Shown here one piece after another: positions 38,288 through 48,188 of a stretch of 64,000 nucleotides of DNA. The position numbers were made by a program, and so were the translations under genes. Within the stretch, counting starts at the first letter, position 1; each line of letters begins with the position of its first letter. This DNA is from a virus, in the IMG/VR virus record IMGVR_UViG_3300025289_000025, positions 1 to 64,000 of that record; one strand, written 5' to 3'. A model generated the notes under the pieces. That model did no database searches and was not told the DNA's origin. It was given only the letters and a program-made list of their open reading frames with translations.

Positions 38288-38434
38288 TTTTATCCCTTTC
38301 ATTTATTAGATGTTTCCCACTACAACCTCGTAATTTATAAACATCTGGATCTATTTCTATACAAATTGGTTTATAGTCGATACAGCCTAGAATAATCTTA
38401 CAATAACAATTATCTCCATAGCATATATATTCCA

Positions 38435-39157
38435 TTATTTTACCCTGGCCATTCCTTCAGGAACATCTTCATGGCAAGTATTGCATTGAATATATGGTGT
38501 ATGAATAATCTCTAAAGAATCGTCCCATACTGTTCCCAAAATCCCCCTAGAGTAGGCATCTTGGCAACAACGTGTTATATCTCCATTACTCATAACCATT
38601 ACTTGCCCATTTTTAAGCCATGGGCAAAGGACTCTAGATCTGTAATCTTCTGGAGTCCAGTTTATCAGTCCCCCCCAATTATTCGGTCTTATGATAGCAT
38701 CTCGGGAATACCCAAATTGGACTTTAGGATATTCTAAACGCAATTTATTAAATAGTCCTACTGTTTTCATAGCTATAAACGCATCATGATCCGTAACATC
38801 TATTGCATCTATTCCCGCATCAAGAATTTTACGGATTAATTCTTCGTCTGCCAAAATTCCATTTGTATTGGTACGGAGGCAGAGATACCGAGGCATTATG
38901 GTTCGACAACGTTTAACCATTTCAATATATCGGGGGTGTAGAAAAGGCTCCCCCACCCCAAATAAATTGAGTTCTCTTTGGGTTCCTTTTTTAACAAATA
39001 TTTCAAGTAATTTGAGAGTTTGTTCAAAGGTGGGCCATTCCATCAATCCAACTGGCCTATGCTCCCCTTGACCAGAACAGGGACAATATGGACAAGATAG
39101 GTTACAAATTGAAGAAACTTCTAAATTTTTGATACATCCTATTTTTTGATAAATCAA
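38435..39157 (-). CDS. Radical SAM enzyme with SPASM/twitch domain
   Basis: EVSSICNLSCPYC, GEPFLHP, TNTNG; CPW...NGDITRCC.D...LG...CNTC. Confidence 0.88.
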   Translation of the reverse strand: MIYQKIGCIKNLEVSSICNLSCPYCPCSGQGEHRPVGLMEWPTFEQTLKLLEIFVKKGTQRELNLFGVGEPFLHPRYIEMVKRCRTIMPRYLCLRTNTNGILADEELIRKILDAGIDAIDVTDHDAFIAMKTVGLFNKLRLEYPKVQFGYSRDAIIRPNNWGGLINWTPEDYRSRVLCPWLKNGQVMVMSNGDITRCCQDAYSRGILGTVWDDSLEIIHTPYIQCNTCHEDVPEGMARVK

Positions 39158-39846
39158 AGTAGTCCTAACGAATCTTCAGTATTGTTTGCAGCATAATTTT
39201 CTTTACTAATCAAAATTCCGGCTTTCTCCATTCGGATTTTGAGTGCTCTCTCTGTCACCCCCAATTCATTTGCCATTGCTTCTGGAGACATTTTCTTTTT
39301 TATATAATATGCAGCAGCTTCCCTCAAATTTTTAAATCCTTTTTCAGTTAAAATTTTATTCCATTTTTCTTTAACGTCTGTTTTGGTAAAACCATCTTCA
39401 TCTCGGTGGGAGGGTCTTTTCCCCTTTATTAATTCCCTCATCGGAAGACTTCTATCCCCATCCATTCTTATTCTTAGATACTCTATGGTTCTAGTAGTTA
39501 CCCCCAACTCCATTGCCATTTCCGTATTTGTATATTTTTTCTTATATGTTTCCATTAAATCATCTATATCTTTAAACCCTTTAATTTGAGCAACAGAACC
39601 CCATTTATTCCAAAAGGAAGTGGGCATATCGTATGGGACGGTCAAATATGGTCTTAGAGATGCATAAACTGTGTTGGACTCCACTTCTATATCTTTTAAC
39701 AACAACCATTGGTGGAGCGTTCGAAACGTACCCCCTTTGGTAATCCAGTCATTTACGAAGATGGATATGCCTTCGTGCCCTTCTTTTAAAATTAATTCTT
39801 CAAATTTGCGAATGAATGGACGATGTTTAGATTTTATTCTAGACAT
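39154..39846 (-). CDS. Tandem HTH DNA-binding protein (possible transcription regulator)
   Basis: Two W...KGFK...MAxELGVTxR repeats. Confidence 0.65.
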   Translation of the reverse strand: MSRIKSKHRPFIRKFEELILKEGHEGISIFVNDWITKGGTFRTLHQWLLLKDIEVESNTVYASLRPYLTVPYDMPTSFWNKWGSVAQIKGFKDIDDLMETYKKKYTNTEMAMELGVTTRTIEYLRIRMDGDRSLPMRELIKGKRPSHRDEDGFTKTDVKEKWNKILTEKGFKNLREAAAYYIKKKMSPEAMANELGVTERALKIRMEKAGILISKENYAANNTEDSLGLL

Positions 39847-41758
39847 GGATTATACTTTCTCCCCCTTCTTTTATTACCAATATTCTACAATCGAAACGAT
39901 CTCTAAGTAAAGCATCATGATCGGTAACTAAAACTGCTTTTCCGTCATTTTCTGCTAAATAAGTAAATGTATCGAAGTTCGACTCTTTGCCCAAGTCATC
40001 GAGGGAATCATTCGGTTCATCGAAAGCGATGAAAGAAAAGTCTACGGAACACCCTTCTTTTATAAATTGAGAAAGTGCTCGGGAGATAGACAACCTAATT
40101 TTCTGTCTTTCTCCACCACTATACATTTCATAGGAAACTTCATCTCCGTTACTATCTACAATAGCAATATGAAATTCATCTTTAATGGTTCCTGATCTAG
40201 TTTCCCTTTCTGTGGCCATAATAATATTTAATTCGGAACTGTACTCTGATAGGTGGTGCTGGGCCAGGGATTCCAATTGGGATATCATAGAATCAAACAA
40301 CATCATTCGAATCTTCTTGAACCCGTCTACCCAGAAATCAAAATATTTCTTTTTATCAAGTAAACCATTTTTAGTTTCATTCATTCCACGGATCTTTGAC
40401 CCTAATTCCCTTATTTGCTTTTTCCTATTTTCCTCCATTTCTAGATAAGGATTAATTTCTTCAGATTTTTTTAGCATATCATTTTTCAAATTAGTTATTG
40501 TAATTACTGAAGCGGATATAGTAGATTCCCCATCAGCTTGGGCATGGGATAATTCTACTTTCAAATCTCGTATGGAATCTTTAATCGTATCCAATTCCCT
40601 AATTTTTTTATCAATTTCATCTACCAATGATTTACTAACTTTTAGTTGATCTCTTAAACTTCTTTCCTTATCGGGAATAGTATCCCACTCTGATTTTATT
40701 CCCATTGCCTCTAATCCTAATTGATTTATTCGGGATTGGAGATATGACCCTGTAATGGTTTGGGCACAAAATGGACAAGGGCCTTCTCCCTGTTTTGTAA
40801 GAGTTTGAATTTCATTATTTATTTCATTCATATCTATTTTCAAATTATCTCTACGAAATACAAGAGCATTTAAATCTGACTGAATATTGTTAGTTCTATC
40901 GGATGCCTCTTGTTTAGTGCCGGTTTCTTTTATCAAAATATTTTTACTATTTTCAAAATGGGCTATCTTCAATTTAATTTTATTTGTTTTTTCGTCTATT
41001 CTAAGTTGAATGCTATTTAATTCATTCTCTTCTTCAACTAAACTTTCTTTCCAAGATGAAATACTGGCCACTCTTTCGGATTCAAAAGTATCTATATTGA
41101 TTTTGTATGAGGTAGATCGGACCCCAGTTAACTCTCCTTCTTTATTTCCAATAGATTTATCTAATTCAAGCACCAAGGACTGTAATGATTTTGCCGATTC
41201 CCCCGCCTTCAGACTACTGGACACATATTTGTCTAGACCCCTAACATCTGTTAAAATTTTGGCACGTTCTGCAGGTTTTAGATCTGGGAAATTATTGAAA
41301 TCCCTTCCGAACATTACAGCGCATTGAAAAGAAATGAAATTTATTTGTAATACTTTTTCTAATTCATTTTGCTTAACTTGGTATGTTGCATTTTTAAATA
41401 ATTCTGTTTCTTCTTTCCAAATTTTCAAATTGGGTGTTTTCTTTCGTTCAATAGTTCTCTCTGTTTTATACATAACGGAATCTGCTGTAAATACAGTTTG
41501 AATCAGGGCTTGTTTTTCTTTTTTATGTATAATTTCATCCTTATACCGATTTTTTCGGCAAAGTTCCCCAAACCACCCATAACAAAAACTTTCTAGTAAC
41601 GTCGATTTTCCACTTCCATTTGATTGACTCTTCTCGTCATCCAAATTCCTTCCGTCTATTTGGATGGTTTTTCCTTCATAATTGGCCATGGAAAATTCGA
41701 ATGTTTTACGGAAAGACATGAATCCTTTTCCACTTATAGATATTAATCGAATTAGCAT
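39839..41758 (-). CDS. sbcC: SbcC/Rad50-like ATPase (T4 gp46-like)
   Basis: NGSGKS, CPFC zinc hook in coiled coil, YSGGE, FDEP, TDH. Confidence 0.93.
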   Translation of the reverse strand: MLIRLISISGKGFMSFRKTFEFSMANYEGKTIQIDGRNLDDEKSQSNGSGKSTLLESFCYGWFGELCRKNRYKDEIIHKKEKQALIQTVFTADSVMYKTERTIERKKTPNLKIWKEETELFKNATYQVKQNELEKVLQINFISFQCAVMFGRDFNNFPDLKPAERAKILTDVRGLDKYVSSSLKAGESAKSLQSLVLELDKSIGNKEGELTGVRSTSYKINIDTFESERVASISSWKESLVEEENELNSIQLRIDEKTNKIKLKIAHFENSKNILIKETGTKQEASDRTNNIQSDLNALVFRRDNLKIDMNEINNEIQTLTKQGEGPCPFCAQTITGSYLQSRINQLGLEAMGIKSEWDTIPDKERSLRDQLKVSKSLVDEIDKKIRELDTIKDSIRDLKVELSHAQADGESTISASVITITNLKNDMLKKSEEINPYLEMEENRKKQIRELGSKIRGMNETKNGLLDKKKYFDFWVDGFKKIRMMLFDSMISQLESLAQHHLSEYSSELNIIMATERETRSGTIKDEFHIAIVDSNGDEVSYEMYSGGERQKIRLSISRALSQFIKEGCSVDFSFIAFDEPNDSLDDLGKESNFDTFTYLAENDGKAVLVTDHDALLRDRFDCRILVIKEGGESIIHV

Positions 41759-41759
41759 A

Positions 41760-42020
41760 TCATCTCCGTCTTTTTGGGTTTGCAGAGGGAATCAAACTCC
41801 ATAAAAACTTTTGCGAATGAACTTTACAAGAAAAAACAATCATTTCACTTTCCATTTTTTTCCTCACTTCATTTTCATATTCATCAATACGTTTTGACAT
41901 TAAAATTATGGATGTAATTTCCTTTTTGTGGTTTTCATTTACTTTCACTTTTTTGAAAGGCACTGGGGATACTTCAACAATGATTTCCCTTTTTCTCTTT
42001 ATTAAAAGAGGCCGTCTCAT
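41760..42020 (-). CDS. Hypothetical protein
   Basis: Fills the gap between sbcD and sbcC with coupled start and stop. Confidence 0.5.
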   Translation of the reverse strand: MRRPLLIKRKREIIVEVSPVPFKKVKVNENHKKEITSIILMSKRIDEYENEVRKKMESEMIVFSCKVHSQKFLWSLIPSANPKRRR

Positions 42021-43102
42021 TTGAATAATTCAATGCCCACCCGGATAAGATCCACTTGGTTTAGCCCAGATCCTTCAATGTTATTTTGAACATATAAATT
42101 TATGATAGAATCATCATCCTCTACCATTTCAGGAGGAATTTGAGATTGATGATGACGAATAATATTTACTTGGAAGGAAATTCCCCTAGCACCCGCACCT
42201 TGTAATTTAAATCGAATATCATTTTTGATTTCTGGACCCCATTGGGAGGTTGGAACATCCCCGACCACTCTGATATAATTGCCTTCCAAGTTGGTTGCTT
42301 TATCCCACTGGTCAGGAAACGATCTAACATCCAATGATTTGAACTCTGGGTATTTAAGTTTAATTGGGGCAAGTTTTTTGGTTTTAGAATTGAGTAACCA
42401 AATAAATCGGTTCTGCCCTTCGTCAGAAAATCGTATTTGATAAGGGCTTCCAACATATTGGACTTGCCCAATTGCCTGGCACTTATGAACATGGCCCGAG
42501 ATGTAGAGTGTTTTGGGGTTGAAAAAATATGAATCCATTCTTCCGGGTATTTCTCTTCCAGTTTCATAAGTTACTCCGGGGATTTCTTGATGAAAAAATA
42601 CTATGTCGGGATTTTGAGAATTTATTCCTTTCAAATCTGTTAGGAAATCTTCAAATTTTCTTTCATAAGGAATAAATCCAATTTTTACTCCGTCTATTCT
42701 AGTAATCATTTGAGTTAACGTTATCAAACAAAGATCAAATAATTTAGCAATTGGATATTTGGGCAAGTTGAAATCGTGATTACCGAGTAACGCTGTATGT
42801 AGAACTTCTCCTTTTTCTATTTCTGATAACATTTTGTTACATTCAATAAGTAAGTGGGAGGGAACTTTATCTTTAAGCTCAAATAAATCTCCGAGGGAAT
42901 AAACCCATTTAATTTCAGGATGACTTCGTAAAATATCTATGATTTGTTGAAGAATATTTAGTCCTTCTACTAAACGAGAATTTAGTCCTGTTTTTTTATC
43001 AACTTGTTCGAACTCTTTACGTTCATGAAGATGAAGATCAGAAAATATGAGCGAGTCTGGTTGAATGTCGAATGGGGAATGTGGTCTAAGTAGTTTTCTC
43101 AA
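42017..43102 (-). CDS. sbcD: SbcD/Mre11-like nuclease (T4 gp47-like)
   Basis: FSDLH, LGDLF, GNHD, FHQ, SGHVH, YVGSP. Confidence 0.92.
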   Translation of the reverse strand: MRKLLRPHSPFDIQPDSLIFSDLHLHERKEFEQVDKKTGLNSRLVEGLNILQQIIDILRSHPEIKWVYSLGDLFELKDKVPSHLLIECNKMLSEIEKGEVLHTALLGNHDFNLPKYPIAKLFDLCLITLTQMITRIDGVKIGFIPYERKFEDFLTDLKGINSQNPDIVFFHQEIPGVTYETGREIPGRMDSYFFNPKTLYISGHVHKCQAIGQVQYVGSPYQIRFSDEGQNRFIWLLNSKTKKLAPIKLKYPEFKSLDVRSFPDQWDKATNLEGNYIRVVGDVPTSQWGPEIKNDIRFKLQGAGARGISFQVNIIRHHQSQIPPEMVEDDDSIINLYVQNNIEGSGLNQVDLIRVGIELFK

Positions 43103-43641
43103 TTTCTGACCCTCTGTTTAATTTTTGGATTCAAAAATTGAAATCCATATCTTGCTAAGACGTATGCATCGCATAAATTATCATCATCGAAATCTACCCC
43201 AAATTTCTTGTGCACTGATAAAAGCATAAGGTCTTTTTTTGAATTTCCTTTTCCAGTTACAAATTTTTTTAATACAGTTGGAGGAACGATGATAAAAGGA
43301 TAATTCGCCATAAATAAATCTCGTTTTATTATTCCTGCAAGCTCTCCTAATTGAAATATACTGATTGTTTTGGTGATACCAAAAGCAGGACCTTCTATCA
43401 TTATTAGATCAGGTTTAATCTTACCGACGGATAATCCAATACTAATTGCTATTTTTGTTAATCTTGGTGTATTTTCCTCTTTGGAAGAAGATGTTATGAG
43501 TCGTTGTTCTACTATTCTCCAATTATTATCTACGGCTACCAATCCAGTTGCACATAATGATAAATCTAGCCCCATCACTATACTCATGGGTTTTTCATCC
43601 TCTCTGACTTCCAAAGAATTCAACCAAAACAACTTCACCAT
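43099..43641 (-). CDS. ruvC: RuvC-like Holliday junction resolvase
   Basis: MGLDLSL.ATG, IEG, LGELAG, PTVLKKFVTGKG, DNLCDA; real start probably MSIVMG. Confidence 0.85.
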   Translation of the reverse strand: MVKLFWLNSLEVREDEKPMSIVMGLDLSLCATGLVAVDNNWRIVEQRLITSSSKEENTPRLTKIAISIGLSVGKIKPDLIMIEGPAFGITKTISIFQLGELAGIIKRDLFMANYPFIIVPPTVLKKFVTGKGNSKKDLMLLSVHKKFGVDFDDDNLCDAYVLARYGFQFLNPKIKQRVRN

Positions 43642-44083
43642 CCAATGATTTAGCCGTTAGTTCTTTTCCGGGGAAATATTTCAATTTAATTATAGACCAA
43701 AATAATCCCCGTATAGATTTCAAAGCCTCCGTTTTCCATCTTACTTCTTCTTCTCTTCTTTTTGATTCTGTTACGGTATGACTAGTTATATCTAATTTTA
43801 TCGTATTAATTTGATCTACTATTATATCTGATATGGAAAACATCAGTTTTTTCCAACCAGATAATTGCAATAAAATTATTTCTTGAGGTTGAACGGGGGT
43901 TCCTTTATATTTCCAATTTGGTAATTGTAAAAGTATGGCTGATCCGAATAGCTCTTTAGTCAAATGGGTTAAAAATAATTCCCATCGTTTTTCTTCAACG
44001 TTAGGACTTAAATTGACGACCTTATTTTCATTCATATTAATTCCTACTTTTTGGTGAACGTTCTGTTCTAAACTGAGAATCAA
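43595..44083 (-). CDS. Hypothetical protein
   Basis: ORF in operon orientation between recA and ruvC. Confidence 0.55.
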   Translation of the reverse strand: MILSLEQNVHQKVGINMNENKVVNLSPNVEEKRWELFLTHLTKELFGSAILLQLPNWKYKGTPVQPQEIILLQLSGWKKLMFSISDIIVDQINTIKLDITSHTVTESKRREEEVRWKTEALKSIRGLFWSIIKLKYFPGKELTAKSLDGEVVLVEFFGSQRG

Positions 44084-45080
44084 TTTCTTCCCACATATTT
44101 ATAACAGCTTCTTTGAGTTGAGATTGAAGATTATTCTCTTCTATATGTTTAATAGATTTTTCAAGACTAATGAATTCCTCCGTTACGGCCCAATATTTTT
44201 TGTTACCAGACATTTCTTTAATGTACACTAAATTTCCCCATAGATCGTCAAGCCCATAATCAAAAATTATGAATATATCGGCTTCTCTATATGGGGCGTC
44301 TATAGAACTTTTTATTACCGTTACTTTGGATTTTACTCCAATTACTTTTTCAACCTCTACTGCTCCTATTTTTACTTTTTTCTTGATTTTAGATCCTAAT
44401 GTAGGTGTTACTTCTAAACGTAGAGATGCTAAAAATGGGATAGCATTTCCACCACCAGTTTTAGTTCTTTTTTGCCCAGGTAATGCATCTTGGATATCTT
44501 GTACTTGATTTGTTAGTACGACCAAACGATTTTTCTTGGATATTTCTGCTTTTGCCTTTCGGCATAATTGATGGAATTCTTTCGCTCTTGAACTACCTCT
44601 TTTATCCCCCTTTTCATCTTCTAATGAAGACATTAAAACAGCAACGCTATCTATGGCTGTCAAACTAACTCCCCCATTTTCAGATTCAGGGGTTTCCATA
44701 ATTAAATTTTCTACTTCTTTAACAGTAGTAGGATTTGATAAATCTTCTTTATTAATTTTGATCCCCATATATTTTAACCAATCTGGAGTCATTCGACGTT
44801 CGGCATCTCCTATTTTGGTTATACCACCAGTATTTTGGACATAGGCTACCATCTCTCCAAGAACGGAGGTTTTTCCACTAGAAGGGGGTCCAGAAATTTC
44901 CATAAGTATACCGGAGGGAACTCCTCCCCCACGTATGCGTCTACCACTGATCGCCAAATCTAGTAACGTGGACCCCGTAGAAACCATGCGACTTTTATCT
45001 ATAAGTACTTCTTCCTCTTCTTCATGTATAGCCACTAACCCTTTTGCTACATCTTGTATTTTGCGTTTAATCAATGGCAT
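44037..45080 (-). CDS. recA: RecA/UvsX-like recombinase
   Basis: STGS..LD.A, GPPSSGKT, DAE, IDSVA, TNQ, GGNA..F.AS.R. Confidence 0.93.
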   Translation of the reverse strand: MPLIKRKIQDVAKGLVAIHEEEEEVLIDKSRMVSTGSTLLDLAISGRRIRGGGVPSGILMEISGPPSSGKTSVLGEMVAYVQNTGGITKIGDAERRMTPDWLKYMGIKINKEDLSNPTTVKEVENLIMETPESENGGVSLTAIDSVAVLMSSLEDEKGDKRGSSRAKEFHQLCRKAKAEISKKNRLVVLTNQVQDIQDALPGQKRTKTGGGNAIPFLASLRLEVTPTLGSKIKKKVKIGAVEVEKVIGVKSKVTVIKSSIDAPYREADIFIIFDYGLDDLWGNLVYIKEMSGNKKYWAVTEEFISLEKSIKHIEENNLQSQLKEAVINMWEEIDSQFRTERSPKSRN

Positions 45081-45933
45081 TCTGATCTCCTTTTAATAAA
45101 ACTCTCCATTTGTTGTATAAATCCCTCTTTAAAAAACTAGAAAATCCATAATCCATGCATATTCCCTCAAATATATTGAAATCTAATTTATCTGGTACTA
45201 AATCTACCGAAGTGGATCTTTTATGAGGAAGTTTCACTAAGGAATAATTAAAAGTAGGATCAAAAGCATGTATATCTTGATATTTTTTTGAACTAACTCC
45301 TAATTCTGATTTTAAATATTTTATAGCAGTTTTCTCGCCAACTCCAACTACTCCTTTTATATTATCAGATGAACACCCTGCGACCGATTTAACGTAGTAC
45401 CACATATTAGGGTCTATCCCTTTTTCTTCTATGAAATCATCTTTAGAGTAAATTTTCTTTTCTCTTGGATTATAAATAGATACTTTTGAATTTAATAATT
45501 GGTATAAATCTTCGTCCGACGTTACAATATAAGTATGATCAAATTCCCAAGCATGGTCATTAGCTATATGAGCAATAATATCGTCTGCTTCTAATCCAGT
45601 TTGAATAAAATTATTTTGAAATCCTAATTTAGGAAGAATCTTTGTACGAATTTCCGTAAATTGGGGTTTACCAGAACGAATTATATCTTCCATCTCGGGA
45701 TCTTCAATTTGAGGGCGTTTTTTATAATCAGGGTAAACATCTCTACGATATGATTTTCTAGAATCCCAAGCAAATGTAAATCGAGGTTGTTCAAAATCCT
45801 CCGATAACTTTAAAATTTCTCTCATGAAACCAAATATAACTCCAGTGGAATGTTCCTCATAAGAGAGTCCCATCATTGATAGCATGGCTCTGTATGCTAT
45901 GAAATTAGAATCAATTATTAAAAGATTGCTCAA
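45067..45933 (-). CDS. 5'-3' exonuclease / flap endonuclease
   Basis: LIIDS, AWD, YPDYK, EADD, SDEDLYQL, SDNIKGV.GVGEKTA. Confidence 0.92.
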   Translation of the reverse strand: MSNLLIIDSNFIAYRAMLSMMGLSYEEHSTGVIFGFMREILKLSEDFEQPRFTFAWDSRKSYRRDVYPDYKKRPQIEDPEMEDIIRSGKPQFTEIRTKILPKLGFQNNFIQTGLEADDIIAHIANDHAWEFDHTYIVTSDEDLYQLLNSKVSIYNPREKKIYSKDDFIEEKGIDPNMWYYVKSVAGCSSDNIKGVVGVGEKTAIKYLKSELGVSSKKYQDIHAFDPTFNYSLVKLPHKRSTSVDLVPDKLDFNIFEGICMDYGFSSFLKRDLYNKWRVLLKGDQNAID

Positions 45934-46217
45934 ATTTTTTCCTTAATTTTTAACTTAGGATGGTGACGATAATGACGTAACGGGTCTTTGATAGATCTTC
46001 CAGTTTTATCTGTAAGTAGAACTTTGTATTGAGATAATTCCGGCATAAGATCATCTGGATAAAAAGTTTCTTTCATTTCTTCTAAAAGTTTGACCATTTT
46101 CTTTTGCCAATTATATGGCATTGAAATTAATCCTACTCTAGGAAGAACTAAGTATGATGCATAAGTTAATCCAAACCATTCGTGCATAGGATCTTCTTTG
46201 ATAACTTCTTTTTTCAT
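45930..46217 (-). CDS. Hypothetical phage protein
   Basis: WFGLTYASYLVLPR..L.SMP..WQ. Confidence 0.6.
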   Translation of the reverse strand: MKKEVIKEDPMHEWFGLTYASYLVLPRVGLISMPYNWQKKMVKLLEEMKETFYPDDLMPELSQYKVLLTDKTGRSIKDPLRHYRHHPKLKIKEKI

Positions 46218-46341
46218 TTTATAGTCCTTGGGAAGTGGGATATAAGCCTCAAGAGAGGCAGTCCCTTATCCGGCTGGTAGCTCCCACTCCCCAAGTCTGG
46301 ATGACGCAGTTTGAATATGGTATAGGGCACCCCATCATCCA

Positions 46342-46599
46342 TTATTTAACAACCCATTTTCTAACTTCTTCCATTTCAAATAATTCTTCTCGTAAACAAT
46401 TTTGACATTTCCTAATATGGGTGGTTTGTTTCATAATAAGGGGAAGTAGTTTTTCTCTAATAGGAGTTTCAGTAGGAGGAAAGGAACTACCATTTACTAA
46501 TTTGCGCCCATCCCCCCATTTTTGATGTAACTCAAAAACTTTCCAAGAATATTGAAGGCCGTGATTTTCACAATTATCTAATTTCTGTTTTACTATCAT
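46342..46599 (-). CDS. Hypothetical protein
   Basis: GGAGG SD; CxxH/CxxC. Confidence 0.55.
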   Translation of the reverse strand: MIVKQKLDNCENHGLQYSWKVFELHQKWGDGRKLVNGSSFPPTETPIREKLLPLIMKQTTHIRKCQNCLREELFEMEEVRKWVVK

Positions 46600-46616
46600 T
46601 TTCCCTCCTAATTAAT

Positions 46617-46726
46617 TTGGTGGTTAGGGGTGCCATCGTCCCAAGACATTCGCTTGGTCAGCACGGTTACCATCCGTGTCCGTACCGGAAAATCTAACCA
46701 GACATACGGAACACCCCCCCAACCAA
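46617..46726 (-). ncRNA. Cloverleaf-like structured intergenic RNA (unassigned)
   Basis: Closing stem GGTTGGGGGGGTG/CACCCCTAACC enclosing CCGTA..TACGG, CACGG-ATGGTAA-CCGTG and CCAAG-CGAATGT-CTTGG. Confidence 0.4.
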
Positions 46727-46776
46727 TGCACCAGTTTCAGCCCCCTACACAAGGCTTAACGCTCCCTGGAGCAATC

Positions 46777-46853
46777 AAAAAGGGGACGGACAGTTGGGAA
46801 GAAGTGATAGGCTATCCCGAACCAATACACCCCGACCGTCTGTGACCGTCCCC
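46777..46853 (-). terminator. Long-loop stem followed by U-tract after the ssb gene
   Basis: GGGGACGG-TC-ACAG ... CTGT-CCGTCCCC-TTTTT on the minus strand. Confidence 0.5.
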
Positions 46854-46860
46854 ATATGTA

Positions 46861-48069
46861 TTACCCTCTTGGTCTTAAACCACGTCTGGGTCCTGCAGTG
46901 GCAGGAGCCGCAGTGGTTGCTACCGGAGCCGCTGCTGCAGGAGCCGCAGGTCTAGGAGTTGGTCTAGGAGTTGCCGGGGCTGCAGGAGTAGGACGAGTAG
47001 CAGAGGGTGCAGAAGTCTCTGCGCCAGCCGCATCAATCTTATCCTTCTCAGCCGAGCAGTCATCCCAAATGGGGCAAGTAGCGCACTCGTTATACTTTTC
47101 ACAATCTGCCCCAAATACTCCCCCAACAGGACAGATCTGGGCACCAGCCGTTACTGGAGTAGCGGCGGGGCGTTGACGGGGGGTGGGGGTTGGATTAACA
47201 GCCGGGGCAGGTATCGGAGGTTCCGCAGCAGGAGCAGGAGTTGCTCTGGTACGAAGTCGGGATTCTGCGGGAGCCGCTGTCGGTTGGGGTGCTGGGGATT
47301 CCTCTGTTGGGGGAGCTACATCCCCTCCCCCTCCTTGAAAAGCCAGATTAATTTCATCATAAGAAGAATAGTTGACGCAATCGTCCAAAATGAAAGCCGC
47401 ATCCAAAACTTCATCAGGAATTTGGTAATTTCTGTCCACAAACTTATGGGCTAGAAATTCCGAATTCCTCTTGGTTCCCTTACGAGTAAAGGAGATGGAT
47501 TTCCCTGTATCTGGGTCTGAGAATGCCACGTACATATCAGTGGATTTTCCAGCCCCCCGAACGGGGGTCTTAGCCAAAGGTGCAATATGCTTCTCCATAA
47601 ACCAGTGGGCGGCATCGAAGATCTGAACCCCCTTGTTCTCTTCCTTATCATTATCGTAGCACAGGATATTGTAGATACTCCGACGTTTGGGGGTGAGTTC
47701 CTTTACCAGATCCTCATCATAATCCTCCTGCCGGCGAACCTCTTCACGATATTCGCAAATGGGGCAGGACTTATTATAATTGCGAGCGGGGCAAACATAA
47801 GCATCTTGATTTACCCCTACCTGATAATGAACCCAAAGAATCAATACATAATTGGGTTCCCCAGGCTTGGTATTAGGATCATGGTCTCCAGCAAGGAAGG
47901 GAATAATATCGATAAGATGTTCCCCCTCCCCACATTTCCAAAGTTTGCTAACGTATTCATCTTTGAAAATGTTTTTAAACTGCCCAGAGTCATCCCGCTT
48001 TTCGTATGACTCTTGGGTTTTCTTTGCCAGAGATTCTTTCATCGCCGCACGTCTGTCAAGCGTGGCCAT
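46861..48069 (-). CDS. gp32-like single-stranded DNA-binding protein with Pro/Ala-rich tail and Cys motif
   Basis: IDIIPF, HY.VG...VCP......CPICE, YNI, GVQIF, FSDPDTGKSISF. Confidence 0.8.
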   Translation of the reverse strand: MATLDRRAAMKESLAKKTQESYEKRDDSGQFKNIFKDEYVSKLWKCGEGEHLIDIIPFLAGDHDPNTKPGEPNYVLILWVHYQVGVNQDAYVCPARNYNKSCPICEYREEVRRQEDYDEDLVKELTPKRRSIYNILCYDNDKEENKGVQIFDAAHWFMEKHIAPLAKTPVRGAGKSTDMYVAFSDPDTGKSISFTRKGTKRNSEFLAHKFVDRNYQIPDEVLDAAFILDDCVNYSSYDEINLAFQGGGGDVAPPTEESPAPQPTAAPAESRLRTRATPAPAAEPPIPAPAVNPTPTPRQRPAATPVTAGAQICPVGGVFGADCEKYNECATCPIWDDCSAEKDKIDAAGAETSAPSATRPTPAAPATPRPTPRPAAPAAAAPVATTAAPATAGPRRGLRPRG

Positions 48070-48152
48070 TTCTTTTTCCTCCTTCTTTTATTTTATTAAA
48101 TTAGTAACTGCTGCCTTTAGGTGGCAGAGGAAACTCCCTCCTTTCGATTAAC

Positions 48153-48181
48153 TTGACTTATATACTCGCCGAACTTATAAT
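48153..48181 (+). promoter_or_regulatory. Consensus sigma70 promoter for tnpA-tnpB
   Basis: TTGACT-N17-TATAAT, 7 nt before ATG 48189. Confidence 0.75.
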
Positions 48182-48188
48182 AATTTAC

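Noticed and set aside
46617-46726. Canonical tRNA-Thr
   Set aside because: No TTC T-loop, D-arm consensus or 7-bp acceptor geometry; kept only as an unassigned structure
46856-47454. Ala/Gly-rich + strand ORFs
   Set aside because: Antisense to the low-complexity SSB tail
48153-48188. TTG start for tnpA given in the ORF track
   Set aside because: This TTG is the -35 box of a consensus promoter; ATG 48189 fits better
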